From Octopus vulgaris (lineage: Eukaryota): DNA of 64,000 bases. The translations under genes and the position numbers were made by a program. This document shows, one piece after another, positions 26,793 to 40,172 of this stretch (position 1 is the first letter of the stretch; each line of letters begins with the position of its first letter). The DNA lies in the NCBI GenBank assembly GCA_951406725.2, contig OX597814.1:186558001-186622000 (forward strand), in the 5' to 3' direction. The notes beneath the pieces were generated by a model, which worked only from the letters and a program-made list of their open reading frames with translations, was not told the origin of the DNA and did no database searches.

Positions 26793-27533
26793 CTGATTGG
26801 AATCTCCAGGAGTCACTGATGATGTTTCTTGTTGTGAAAAACCATTAATGGTACAGTTTTGGTGCTGATCACTGTCATTGCATCCAGAATCCAATTTGGA
26901 AGGAGTTGCTGCATTTGATGCATCATCCATTTGAATTTTGTTGGAGTTATCAGAACCATGCTGTACAAACAATGGTTTTTCTGCACCAGATTCCACAGAT
27001 TTAGCATTCTCTCGAACTTTTATAGTTCGTGAGCGGGTCTGAATTCCTCCAGTATATCGTGGAGGCAATTTAGAGACAGGGGCATTATCAAAGTTTTCAT
27101 TACTGAATTCATATGGATCATCATTTAAGTGTTGTCGTTGTTGATTTTCTTGCTGAGACTCAGGATTTTGTTTAGTCTTTTCTTCATGCTGATGTTGATG
27201 CTGCTGCTCCTGAGGTGATAGTGTTGATGGTAATTGCAGTTGTTGCTGTTGTTCACATACTTGTTCTCCATCCACTTGATTCTGAAATGACTGTGTTGGG
27301 ACTGATGAAATATCATTTACAGTTTCAATTGCACAAGTTTTCCCTGGATGTTCACCATCATCAGACTGAATGTTTGTTGTCAGATTACTGTCATTATCTT
27401 TATTTTCCAAAGAATCTTTACTTTCTAGTGGTGTAGCTTTTTCATCTTGTGATGAAGGACATTCAGTTTGAGACAGGAGCTGCTCTGTGTTAAGAGTCCC
27501 ACGATTTTCCACCACTGACTCTCCTCCATCCAT
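26793..27533 (-). CDS. First coding exon (247 aa) of an unidentified large gene; acidic, Gln-rich, probably disordered N-terminus
   Basis: The only long non-repeat ORF. The acceptor ttttctttatttttag ends at 27559 (exon starts 27558). An in-frame TAA at 27552-27554 precedes the ATG at 27533. The donor CAG|GTAATA follows 26793 (phase 0). Confidence 0.8.
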
Positions 27534-29244
27534 CACATCACTTTGAAAGCATTACACACTAAAAATAAAGAAAAGGATCAGATATAGTGATACATATAAA
27601 ACTATGACATTAAAGAGTTGAAAAGCAGGCTCAACCTATGAAATATAGCAGCATCTCTCTCTTGAATACAACATACCAACTTAAATAGAAAAGGAGATGT
27701 GTGTTTTGTGGGAATAACATAGTCCCGGACACATCCTACTTTAAATAAAAGCAGAATAATAACTTGATTGTCTTTCATCATCAGTGTGCTGAGAACAGGA
27801 TTTACCTCAACAACATTGGAGAAAGCAAAATAGCTAATGAATTCTCATTATAATTACTAAAGATGTTGGGTTTTTTTTTCTAAAGCAACATTAGAAAATA
27901 TGAAATTAAATAGCTTTATCCTAAACTTCTTACTTTTCTATCATTTATAAAAAATAATACCAGTATAGAAGCCAGAAATTAAATGGTAATGGTGATGCTG
28001 ATGAAAGTGACAATACAGAAAAAAATACCTTATGGAATTCATTTAGTTACATTTCCTTTGTTCTCAGTTTAATCTTCCAGAGTTAATCAAATAACTAACA
28101 GTGAAGTACTGAACTGATAATGTCATCCTTCAAAATGTGGTTTTGTGTCAATGTTAGAAATTATTACTGTCGCCAAATGGTGAGTGTAAACAAATTTCTA
28201 TGCATCCTTCACACATATAAACTATCCACTTACATCTACATCATAACTACACATTTAGTTCATTCATTCTATAAACCAACACAACTTGTATATTATAAAC
28301 TGTTTAGGTAGTTTTCTTAGCTACAAGTGTAAATTGATGTAAAAATATAGAACCAGATTTTTATTTTCTGCTAGATGTTATTAACAACAGGTTAAGGATA
28401 AGATGCAAAATACAACACAAATAAATATATGATATAGCACTAAATTCATTAAACCAACAAGGGAGATTCATTAAAGTCACTTGATTTGCTATATACTAAA
28501 ACAATAGTGAAATTTTCCTTCCAATTACATGCTACAGTCTCAAAAAAGGAAAGATAGATTAGGTAATATAGTTTCTGATATACAAAAAAAGACAAGAGGC
28601 TTTTCATTATAAGTCTGATCCATCAGGGCTAACCTGAAGGTTAAACAAAAAGAAGATAAATTTATCATCTGTTAGTTGACTTGTGATGATTTTCCTATGC
28701 TTGCTGTGATCTAGCACAAAGCATGATCTTAACTATATCCACTTTAAACCTATATACCAGATAGTTTACTACATAGAAATTATCATCCGTATATCTATAT
28801 AAACATAGAGGTAGTGTAATTCTCTCTGTCTATCCATTCAGTTCTGCTTGCTGTTGCTACTTTTCCCAGAAGATATTTTATTTTTTTCCTTTCACTTTCA
28901 GCTTTCTTTTTTTTTTTGCTCTCTCTCTCTATCCTTAACTCTTTAAGTGCTACACTGGTTGGCTGTCTTCAACTTCTTTCTGTTACATTTTTATTCTCCT
29001 GGTCAAAAGACTGCTCTATATTTTTTTCTTTTCATGTTAACTCTTGTATATTCTTGTCTTGCCTTAGTCATAAGACTATTTACATTTCTTTCTTGTCCTA
29101 CCTGTGTCAAAAGACCACTCACTTGTCTTTTGCTGCCCCATCTCCTTATCATTTATTCTATCATCTTGTTCTGCAGTATTTACTCCCAAATAACTTCAGA
29201 GTTGTAGCTACTGAATACTAAACAAAACTGTCACTCCAACAGTT

Positions 29245-29525
29245 ATGACGATGAGGGTTCCAGTTAACCTGCTGATGAAATTAGTGTGCAAGTGGTTGAG
29301 CACTCCACAGACATGCATATCTTTAGCATAGTTCTCAGGGAGATTCAGGGTAATAAAGAATGTAACAAGGTCAGCACTTTGAATTACAGATATAATCAAT
29401 TTTTGACAGTTGAGTGGATTGGAGCAACATGAAATAAAGTGTCTTGCTCAAGGACACAGTGCACCAATGGAAATTGAACTCATGATCTTATGATTACTCT
29501 AACCACTAAGCCATGCACCTTCACC
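29245..29525 (-). mobile_element. tRNA-derived SINE (decayed)
   Basis: Minus-strand head GGTGCATGGCTTAGTGGTTAGAG...TGTGTCCTTGAGCAAGACACTT; shares its head with 39847-40172. Confidence 0.7.
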
Positions 29526-29644
29526 AAATACTAAACATTGTTTGAAATCACAGAAAATGTTTAAACAATGGTTGATGAAGAGGATTCATTTATTATTTTA
29601 TCATCCTATTTTTTAATGTCACAGTTGAGGGAATATGTGGAAGA

Positions 29645-30273
29645 ATTAGACCTAGGAAGACCTGGGATGAGGTGGTGAAGCACGACCTTCGAATATTGGG
29701 CCTCACCAAGGCAATGACTAGTGACCGAGACCTTTGGAAATATACTGTGCTTGAGAAGACTCAGCAAGCTAAGTGAGACCATAACCCATGACCTATGCTA
29801 GCAGCGTAACCGGCCTACATATGCATTGCTTGCGAAGACCCGTTGAGGCAAATGAAATCACAATCAAAACCAAATTCACTGACATGGCCAATGACAGCAC
29901 TGCCTGACTGGCACCCGTGCCAGTGGAACATTAAAGGCACTATCTGAGCATGATTGTTGCCAGGACCACTGATTGGCTCCCATGCCGGTGGAATATAAAA
30001 TGCACCATTCGAGTGTGATCATTACCAGCATGGCCTTACTGGCACATAAAAAATACCATTTGAGTGTGGCTGTCGCCAGTACCACCTGACTGGCCCTTGT
30101 GCCGGTGGCATGTAAGTGCATCCACTACACTCTCAGAGTGGTTGGCATTAGGAGGGGCATCCAGCTGTAGAAACTCTGCCTGGTGCAGCTATCTGGCTTG
30201 CCAGTCCTCAGTCAAACCGTCCAACCCATGCCAGCATGGAAAGCGGACGTTAAACAATGATGATGATGATGAT
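29645..30273 (+). mobile_element. RTE LINE 3' end with ~60-bp UTR sub-repeats
   Basis: RPRKTWDEVVKHDL C-terminus, sub-repeats and a (GAT)n tail. Confidence 0.85.
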
Positions 30274-30462
30274 GAAAAATTCATTTATGCTTGTCTTTTC
30301 TTTTTGTCACTTTGCCCTAATAAAGTTCTTTTTGCTTTCACTTAGTTCTGTAAATTTTGTATGTTTATGTTAGGTTTCAATATTTATTCTTCATCTAGTG
30401 CATACATTTTCATGTATATGTGTGTGTGTGCACGCACATGTGTGTGTGTGTGTGTATGTATA

Positions 30463-31731
30463 TCATCACCATCATATCATCATCATTGTTTAACGTCCAC
30501 TATCTATGCTGGCATGGGTCGGACAGTTTGACATGGAGCTGGCTAGCAAGGAGCTGTCCAGACTCCTGCTGTCTGTTGCAGTATGCCCTTCATAATGCCA
30601 ACCACTTAACAGAGTGCACTGGGTGATTTTTACAGCAGCAGCAGTACAGGTGATTTTTAAGTGGCACCAGCACCTGAAAGGACAAGTCTGTATGTGTAGA
30701 AGACAGTGATTTTACTTAGTTTGATGTGTCTTATCAAGTACAGAAAATCACCACATCACTCGATCCCTTGTCATTTCCTCAGTGAGGCCCAGCAGCCAAA
30801 GATCCTTTCTCTCCACTTCATCTCATGTCTTTCTGGATCCATCCCTTCCACAGGTACCCTCCACAATTAGAGCTCAGCACTTCTTTATGCAGCTGTCCTC
30901 ATCTATACACATCGCATGACCAAACCAGCACAGTCTTCTCTCTTGCACACATCTGATGCCTCTTATACCCAGTTTTCCTCTTAAATCATTTACACTCTGC
31001 TGTGCATGCACACTGACATTACTCATCCAGCGAAGTATGCTAGCTTCATTTCTTTCAAGCCTTCAGAAGTCCTCTGTAGTCAAAGCTCACATTTCACTGC
31101 CATGTAAAATAGCTGTATGTACAAAGGCATCATACAATCTGCTTTTCAATCTCAGGGAGAGGCCCTTAGTTACCAACAAAGGTAGAAGCTCTCTGAACTT
31201 TGCCAAGCCTGTTCTTATTCTAGCAACTACACTTTCAGAACTCCTTCCCTCACTGCTAACTTGGTTTCCTAGGTAACAGAAGCTATCTATTACATCTAAT
31301 GATTCACCCAAACATTTGTGGGAGCCTATTGTCTGTGTAGTTTTAGTACTCATTGTACCTGCATGTTTGCCACACACAAAGACTATATTCTCTGTTAACC
31401 TTCCTTTGATACTACTGCACCTCTTATGTGTCCAAAGCTTGCACTGGGTACAACATATGGAGTTTCTACCAATGCCCTTTGAGCACAACCAGCTCACTTT
31501 TGTTTTCCTACTTACTAGGATTTTTGTTTTTGGCAAATGAACCCTAATGCCCTTAGATTCCAGACCTTGTTTCCACACCTGAAATTTCTTCTCTAGATCA
31601 GGTAGTGATTCAGCTATAAGAACAAGATCATCAGTGTAGAGGAGTTCACAGGGACAGCTGGTCTTGAATTCCTCTGGAGGACAAAGATAAAGAAGAAGGG
31701 GTTGAGAACTGAGCCTTGGTGGACTCCTACT

Positions 31732-31733
<2 letters not shown>
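30463..31733 (-). mobile_element. RTE LINE 3' portion (RT, PHD insert, thumb, tail)
   Basis: LLYTDDL, WKQGLESKG, CCTQCKLWTHKRC, FCYLG and ILHGSE; (CAT)n tail at ~30465. Confidence 0.85.
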
Positions 31734-31772
<39 letters not shown>

Positions 31773-32741
31773 ATTGTTCCCCTGCTGAGAATAATGTATA
31801 GATGTAAGTACCAGTTAAGCACTGGGGTCAATATAAACAATTTACTCCTTTCCCCAAAATTTCAGGCCTTGTGCCAATAGTAGAAAAGAAATTATACACA
31901 CACATATTTGATGGTCTCCCAATTTCCATCAACCAAATTTCATTCATAAACCATTGGTCAATCTAGGGCAATAATAGAAAACACTCCCTCAAGGTGTTGT
32001 ATAGTGGAATTGATTCTGGAACCACAGGGTTATGAAGCTTACAGTTATGCCAGTACTCTATTAACACTGTTTGAACTTAGACAAAATATTTTTCCCTCTT
32101 AGTTCTAAACAGCTTTTCTATTTAAATAAAAAGACAAGCAACACTGAACAATGCTTGAGATACCACAACCTAATTTCAAACTACAGCTGACAAGTACCTT
32201 GGGTTACTGAGCTTGACACTGCAAAATTATCAAATTCAACCTCACACTTCAGATGGGAAAACTGACAGAATTCACAAAGAAGCATTATTTAATATATTTT
32301 ATGAGCTAACTATTAATTGTTTGTATGTTGTTGTTTTTATGTTTTGCTATTTTTTCTTTTTTTTTGCAAAACAACAATTAGCCCTTGTTCATACTTGCTA
32401 AAGGACTGGCTCTCTATGTTACAGCTATCTGGGACACTATAACTTTTTGGTGCCTTTGCTTATAGAGGTTCAGTGAATTTATGACAACAACAACAAAAAT
32501 AACATATTTTTTTGTTCTTTTATATTTCAAATGTTTTTTCAGTAGACACACACACACGGCTGAGTGATTAAGAAGCTTGAGTTGACTCCCACAGTGACAC
32601 TTTGGACAAGAGTCTTCTGCTGGAGCCCCAAGCTGATTAAAGACTTGTGAATAGATTTGATAGATGGAAATTGAAAGAAGCCTGTCATATACATGTATAT
32701 ACATATACGTGTGTGCATGTGTGCATGCACATACACACACA

Positions 32742-33352
32742 TGTTTGGAGTGATGAAGCTACATTTAAATTAAATAGCTCAGTTAACTACCACAATTACA
32801 CCTACTGGGAGCCTGAGAATCCATATATTACAGAAGAACATTGTAAATTGGACCATTATTCTTCAACAGCAGCAATAATCTGTCAAAACCAAGCATTCAA
32901 GAGAACTTTGAAAATGTGGAGTTTTATTTCTAACAAGATGAAGCACCCCTACACAACTATGTTAATGTAAGGGCCTACCTCAAGATTTTGCCAAAGATTG
33001 GATGAAAAGGTTCAGCAGAAAACCCTCCACTTTCACCAGACCTCACACCACTAGACTTATTTTTTCTGGAGAATCTTAAAAGATAAAGTTTACAATACTA
33101 GCACAGAAATAAATGAATTAAGGGCAGCTATTGAATGAGAATTTTCACAATTACTGAATGTAATGTTTCTTGATGCTTGCAATTCCACTGCTTCACATCA
33201 CATTATCAGCAATGCTTGAACCAGAAAAAGGAATTCATAAAAAAATTAAATTCAGTGTGTAGATTCTATTATATTTTGAAAATATAATGAAATTTATTCA
33301 GCTCTCACTTTATAATCATTCAACGTGTGTACACTTTGTTTGGGATGCCCTG
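32742..33352 (+). mobile_element. Tc1/mariner (rosa/DD41D-like) 3' fragment
   Basis: [17 protein letters not shown] and SPDLTPLD motifs; TIR-like end GGGATGCCCTG. Confidence 0.7.
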
Positions 33353-33552
33353 TGTGTGTATATATGTATATATATACAAATTGAGATAGGGATTGTAAAT
33401 GCAACCCTCCATGGGATAACATATATCCAATATACTGCTAGTGAAGTACCCAACAAAGTTAATACATAAATGTTAAGGATTGTGATGCAATCAATTCATT
33501 TACTGTATTATATGGGCAAAGGTAAAATGATTTACCACAAATTACTAATACA

Positions 33553-33810
33553 AGATAAGAAAATGGAGAAATACATCTAAATCAAATATCAAATACCAGA
33601 TAATACTCAATCATATACTTTATTAAACCACTATACAACATTACTCTTTTATGAACACTTTTTTATGTACATTCCTTTATGTACACTGATTTGTTCTGCT
33701 TTTTTTATGTTTAACCCTACAGTCTCTTATGTAGTGGTTTAATAAAGTATGTGATTGAGTATTATCTGGTATTTGATATTTGATTTAGATATTTCTCCAT
33801 TTTCTTATCT
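33553..33810. repeat. Near-perfect ~80-bp inverted repeat with ~98-bp spacer
   Basis: 33553-33633 is the reverse complement of 33732-33810, with one 2-nt indel and one substitution seen. Confidence 0.9.
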
Positions 33811-33869
33811 AGTATATATATATATATATATTTCTTATTTTGGTACCATACCAGCAATTCTGAAGGGTA

Positions 33870-34035
33870 GGGAAGTTGATCACATAGATCCCAGTGTTCA
33901 ACTGGTACTTATTTTACTGACCCTGAAAGAATAAAAGGCAAAGTCAACCTTGACAGAATTTGAACTCAGAGTGATGGATGAAATGTTGCTGAGCATTTTG
34001 CTTGGTGTGCTAAAAATTTTGCCAGCTCACTACCT
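33870..34035 (-). mobile_element. Meta-domain-like SINE
   Basis: Homologous to 12790-13025. Confidence 0.7.
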
Positions 34036-34051
34036 TACCACCCTATATATA

Positions 34052-35549
34052 CAGGGTGGGCCAGAATGATGGGACACATTTTAAATGCTAGTGTCTTGGA
34101 TTATAAAAATGACATAGAGTACCAAATATATTTATTACATAACTGATATACAGGAGTTCAACATATTATCTACAATTTTACTATTTTTTACATGTAGTTG
34201 GTTTTAGTAACCCTCATAATGTTGTGAACTCCAAAAGAAATTGTATATATGGTCAAAGCATATTTCACCAGCCAAAGATCTATTGTTGCAGCCCAAAGAA
34301 AACTCCAACAGCATTTTGGAAAGCAACAGGTACCATCTCAAAATGTGATTTTGCATACTGTTACAAACTTCCATGAGACAGACAATACTGAGAAGAAAAA
34401 TCCTCAGATCAACCTTGAACATCTCATAGTGCAGAGAACTACCAAAGTGTGGGAAAAACTATTGAACGAAGTCCCTCAAAGTCCATGCATTGACTGGCTC
34501 AACAGTTCAATATTTCACAACCAGTGTTAAAAGGATTTTAAAATAAGACCAACACTTGTATCCATATAAGGTACACCTAGTACAGCAATTGCTTCTGCCA
34601 GATAAGGTGCAAAGAAAGACTTTTAGAGACTTTTTGTTTGTCAATACGTGCAGGAAGGAAGAGGATTTTAGCCATCACTTGGTCACACCAGATGAAGCTC
34701 ATTTTAACCTTTCTGATTATATTAATAAACAAACTGTAGGTTTTGGGGTTGTGAAAGTCCTCAAATTATGCATGAAAGGCCTTTGCACACTGAGAGGGTT
34801 ACAGTGTGGTATGCAGTGACTTATGCATGTATGAGTGGCCCTTACTTTTTTGGGGGACAAACATGGTGCAACTGTAACAGTAACTGCTGAGCACTACAAC
34901 CATATGTCAAAGACTTTCTTCTTTCTTGAGCTACAAAGACTTGCCCTGACACAAATGTGGGTGCAAGAACATGGTGTCACTAGTTATACAGTGCGACTGT
35001 CAATTACAACTCTTCAAGAACAATTCTCCAAACAACACAATTTGAGATTTGGTGATATCCACTGGCCATCCAGATTACCAGATCTAACCCCAGTGGACTA
35101 CTTTCTGTGGAGTTACCTCAAGCATAGGGTATATGCAAGAAGACTCCACACAGCAGCGAAACAAAAACAAAGCATCTGTAGAGGGATTGCAGCCATTTCT
35201 GTTGATATGCTAAGTTGCAGTGTGCTTGATATGAGAAGGTGAGCTTGTGAATGTTCTTTTCATGGTGGTGACCACTTCCAGATCATCATCATCATCATCA
35301 TCATCGTTTAACATCCGTTCTCCATGCTAGCATGGGTTGGATGGTTCAACCGGGAATCTGGGAAGCCAGAAGGCTGCACCAGGCTCCAGTCTGATCTGGC
35401 AGTGTTTCTAAAAATGCACTATTCAAATCCTAGATAATATGTTAAACTTCTGTAAATTAAGTTATGTAAAAAATTTGGTACTCTATGTCATTTTTATAAT
35501 CCAAGATACTAAGCATTTAAAATGTGTCCCATCATTATGGCCCACCCTA
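34052..35549 (+). mobile_element. Near full-length decayed DD41D (rosa-type) Tc1/mariner with ~120-bp TIRs and nested RTE tail
   Basis: TIRs at 34052-34172 and 35431-35549, with TA on both sides. Motifs PDEAHF, QEHG (mutated QQDG) and PDLTPVD, with 41 residues between the second and third catalytic positions. RTE tail inserted at 35283-35410. Confidence 0.88.
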
Positions 35550-35802
35550 TATATGTTTTGCCCCACCACCATCCCCCACAAAAAAAGATATATCTATGAT
35601 TCTAATAGACACTTCTTTCTTCTAATTCAAGAAATGATTGTCTCATTTCCACTCATTTCCTTGACACTGATAAACAAATATAGCATACAGTAAAGATAAT
35701 GCAAGCAGGTTAGTTCAGCGGTAGACTTATGAAAATGTAGCTGTTACTATTTGATATAGTAACTAATTTTCCACATTTAGAATACTAGGATACATTCTAA
35801 AG

Positions 35803-36122
35803 CAGGGGTTCACAAACAAAGGTGTGTGTGTACTCCTTCAGGGGTGTGTGAGATTCATGAAAACACTGGAATTTGAAGTAATCACAATCACCAATGGTAC
35901 ATTCTTAAATTTACTAAACAGTGTTAATAATTTTTTCTTTTTAGTTTTCAAATATGATGTTTGAAAGTATAAATTAACAGCAAACTATACATTGTCTGTT
36001 TTATGGTATCCACTTATTGTCTGTTCCATGATACTCAATTTTTTCACAATATATTCCACATAAGACATAAGCCAACACTGGAAGAATGGCTACACTGGAA
36101 GAAAAATTTGAGAATAGCTACT
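35803..36122. mobile_element. Possible hAT-type MITE
   Basis: Starts CAGGGGTTCACAAAC; weak inverted end AAAATTTGAGAATAGCT. Confidence 0.35.
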
Positions 36123-37884
36123 CAAGAGGAAATCAATTTAATTGATAACAAAACAAGCTGAGTCAATCCATGCCTTATTCCAAAGTTGTATAGTATCATT
36201 TAGAAAGAACCAGAGAAATTAAAGGGCAAAAAGAAGAACAAAATCTCATGAATTGTAAGGAACAAGTCCTTAGAACATGGTACTCGACTGAACCCAGAGC
36301 TGTTTAACAAGTCTGTTAAAATAAGGACTTAAAAGTGAAATATTTTGCATTCCAACCAAAAGAACATAAGGTTCTTAAAATGGAAATTTCCCGATGGTAG
36401 GCCTCTGAAGGAGACAAATAATTGTAAAATTTATACACAAAGAAATTAAATATTTAATCTAAGTTTTGAAAATTCAACTATTAATGCGAACAGAAATACA
36501 TTTCTAAATGTTTATAGTGTTTTGTTTTTGCCAGGAAAAGAAAGTCGCTAAAGAAAATTAAAATAAGTATGATTTAGTAAATTCAGTTGAAGTAAAAAGA
36601 GAATCTCTTCTGCTACTAGTTTAATGGCACTGAACTAAATATATTACACTAGCTAAATATAATACATTAGAAATATATTACATTAAGTGTTAAGCATGAG
36701 CTTTAATAAAGAGGAGTGACAGATTAGTTCTAAACAAATATTTATTCACTGGTACAAGATCTAAAACTGGCTGTTGTAAATGTCTAGGCCAGTTTGTTTT
36801 GCTACTACAAAATAGAGGTTGACAAAACAGCTGGCTTCCTAATCTTGACCTGCTACTGGTCAAATTAGTTTGACAGTTTTATCACTGAAGAACTTCTTAG
36901 TAGGTCAGTAGGGTGATGTGCTGCTGCCTTTCTAACAACCCTTTCCTAACTCCTCCAACATACACCTACACACACAATAAATATATTATCTTCTGTTGTA
37001 CCACAGAGTGGGTATTAATCTTGTGTGTTTGTTATTGCTTAGTCCCAAGTCAACCCCGCTTGAGTAGATCTACAGTGAAAAGTACTCCTGCCCTGACCAC
37101 CCCATTTTTTATGTACATCAGGAGCTACAGTGTACAAACTGTCCTTTCTTTTTTTAAGACAGCAGAATTTAAGGGAGATCTGAATTGTTTCTAGCAGGTC
37201 AAGAGACCAGATAGAGGCTCTCTCTTAATCTTATGTAAACGGCAATAGTAATAAATAGTTTAAAAATAGAAATTTTAAAGGATGATTTGATAAAAAGACA
37301 AGATAAAAAATATATACAAGTTTGTAAAGACACTTCGCTGCTCAACCTGCTAGAAATAGCAGCTAAACTTCACTTAAAACCTACCTTAAGTAAGGAAAAA
37401 CACATTAGATGTGTTTGTTGAATAAACTTAATGAAATTACTATCAATATCAGTCAAGAACTGGAATTGATTTAACCAATTATCTCCTCAATAGGATTTTA
37501 GGCCAATCATTATTTCTATTCATTACAGATATTATACAATGAAACAATCTGTAAGATTCAGTGGAGTGTGTGTGGAATCAATGAAGTAAGAATGTTTCTG
37601 GACAATCTTATTGCAGATGACAGTTGTGTTGATATGTATATGACTGAAAAAAGAAAGAAAGAAAAATCCCTTCTATCTCATTAAGTAAATGAAACTATAA
37701 ATATTTTAATAACTAATAATTTCAAGAATGAAACAGACACTGATCAACATATCAATTGAACCAAAGAGGCTTAGATCTTCAGTACAATGCTGTCTCAACT
37801 GAGCTAATTTCAGCTAGCCTCATAATTTTATAAACTGTCATTAAAATGATATTTTGCTAACATATATATATATATATATATACT

Positions 37885-38305
37885 CTTTTTACTCTTTTTT
37901 ACTCTTTTACTTGTTTCAGTCATTTGACTGCGGCCATGCTGAAGCACCACCTTTAGTCGAGCAAATCGACCCCGGGACTTATTCTTTGTAAGCCCAGTAC
38001 TTATTCTATCGGTTTCTTTTGCCGAACCGCAAACTGACGGGGACGTAAACACACCAGCATCGATTGTCAAGCAATGCTAGGGAGACAAAGACAGACACAC
38101 AAACACATACACACACATACATATATATATATACACATATACGACGGGCTTCTTTCAGTTTCCGTCTACCAAATCCACTCACAAGGCTTTGGTCGGCCCG
38201 GGGCTATAGCAGAAGACACTTGCCCAAGATGCCACGCAGTGGGACTGAACCCGGAACCATGTGGTTGGTTAGCAAGCCACTTACTACACAGCCACTCCTG
38301 CGCCT
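37885..38305 (-). mobile_element. CORE-like tRNA SINE, full length, young
   Basis: Highly similar to 9275-9672, with CpGs retained. Confidence 0.88.
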
Positions 38306-38330
38306 ATATATATATATATATATATATATA

Positions 38331-38635
38331 TCACATCATGTGACCGACCAGGTTATCAGATGTTGCTACACATCGCTGGTCACAATGTGCTCGCATTGTT
38401 TTAGCCTTCAAATGACACCACCCCGCTGGCTAAGCGAGCAGGCCAACAGAAGGAAGAGTGAGAGAAAGTTGCGGCAAAAGAGTACAGCAGGGATCGCCAC
38501 CACCCCCTGCAGGAGCCTCGTGGAGCTTTAGGTGTTTTCACGCAATAAACACTCACAACGCCCGATCTGGGAATCGAAACTGCAATCCTACAACCACGCG
38601 TCCACTGCCCTAACCACTGGACCATTGTGCCTCCA
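38331..38635 (-). mobile_element. tRNA-derived SINE (distinct family)
   Basis: Minus-strand head TGGTCCAGTGGTTAGG...GTTTCGATTCCC; flanked by TA repeats. Confidence 0.75.
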
Positions 38636-38640
38636 CATAA

Positions 38641-38671
<31 letters not shown>

Positions 38672-39223
38672 TCCAACAATGGGGTGGAAAAAACCTCATT
38701 TCAAAATATAATGTTTTGTTTTAATAGAATTTTACACCTGTCTTTTACATATTTTAAATTTGTCTAAAATCTATATATTTAAATAAATAATGGAACACAC
38801 ATATCACAGGTGTGAAAAGCTTCTTAACACCAAACACTTTTACTACCAGACATGTCAGGCTTTGATAAACACACAATTCAGATGTTACTAAGCTAGCTGA
38901 AAATAAAATAAATAAATAAATAAAATAAAATAAAATAAAATAAATAAATAAATAAAGGCTGATATACAGATGATAAGACTGTCTCAGATCAAAGGCCTTG
39001 CATCACAGATTTATATTACAACTGATATAGGACTACACAACAGCACCCAAGTTTATTATAATCCATCTCACTCGCTATCTACATGCACGTATGCGTGCAT
39101 GTGCACACACACATACACTGCTTCTATCAGTCCTGCAAACTAGGAAAAGTGATTGTGAAAGAAAATGAAAAGTAATTTATGAAATGACTGTAAAATCCAA
39201 GCTTTATCTGCAGATATTATGCT

Positions 39224-39777
39224 AGGTCTGATAAAAAGAGCATCAGGACTGTTGTTATGGTAACAGAGCCAAAGTACACAGAGTGAAGCCACTTGGCACA
39301 AATTGACCTTGAACTCTGTCACACATGCACACTAAGTTATAACGTTCTCAATCACTTCTGTTGTTTATAACAATGCTCAGAAATAAAGTGTGTAGAGTGT
39401 GGTTGTTTCAAAAAGAAGATCAGACTTCAGTCGCCTGTTGAGAAGGAATTGTACTGAATTTGTCATGTTCTTCTAAGAAGTAAAAATCTGTATTGAGAAA
39501 GATGAAAACTTTTAGAAAACAGTCATAACAGACAAAGAATTGTGGGTCTATGGCTATGACCCTGAAACCAAGGCCGTCTTCACAGTGGAAGACCTTAACA
39601 AGATTTCAGGATGTCAAGGAAATTCAAGAGAATACGAGAAAGCAGCTGCTCGCTATCCCCAAAAAAGGAGTTCAATGAGTGCTTCCATCAATGGTGGATA
39701 AAGTGTGTGGTTTCAGAAGAGGACTACTTCGAAAGGGATTAAATGCTGAATGGATATGTGTTATACTTTCTGATCGG

Positions 39778-39783
<6 letters not shown>
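39224..39783 (+). mobile_element. Internally deleted mariner element
   Basis: Left end is homologous to 61232-61400. WVYGYDPETK and KCV.SE.DYFE remnants; right TIR ATACTTTCTGATCGGAC. Confidence 0.75.
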
Positions 39784-39835
<52 letters not shown>

Positions 39836-39846
39836 CGTGTGTGTAT

Positions 39847-40172
39847 GGTGAAGGCGCATGGTTCAGTGGTTAGAGCGTCGAGCTTATGATCGTGAGGTTG
39901 TGAGCTCGAATCCCAGACCGGGCTGTGTGTTGTGTTCTTGAGCAAGACACGTTATTTCACGTTGCTCCAGTTCACTCAGCTGTAGAAATGAGTTGCAACA
40001 TCACAGGTGCCAAGCTGTATTGTCCCTTGCCTTTCCCTCGGATAACACTGGTGGTGTGGAGAGGGAAGGCCGGTATGCATGGGCGACTGCTGGTCTTCCA
40101 TAAACAACCTTGCCTGGGAGGGTAACTTTCTAGGTGCAATCCCATAGTCAGTGTCATGACCGAAGGGGGTCT
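39847..40172 (+). mobile_element. tRNA-derived SINE
   Basis: TGGTTCAGTGGTTAGAGC A box, GCTCGAATCCC B box, then TGTGTTCTTGAGCAAGACAC. Confidence 0.8.

Noticed and set aside
26769-27536. ORF-track version of the coding region (GTG start, stop at 26769)
   Set aside because: The ATG at 27533 and the splice donor after 26793 fit better; the last residues (VINEILF) are intronic read-through.
29900-30125. CRISPR-like ~60-bp periodic repeats (also 6560-6720)
   Set aside because: Whole units are homologous with no unique spacers, they lie in an RTE 3' UTR, and the DNA is eukaryotic with no cas genes.
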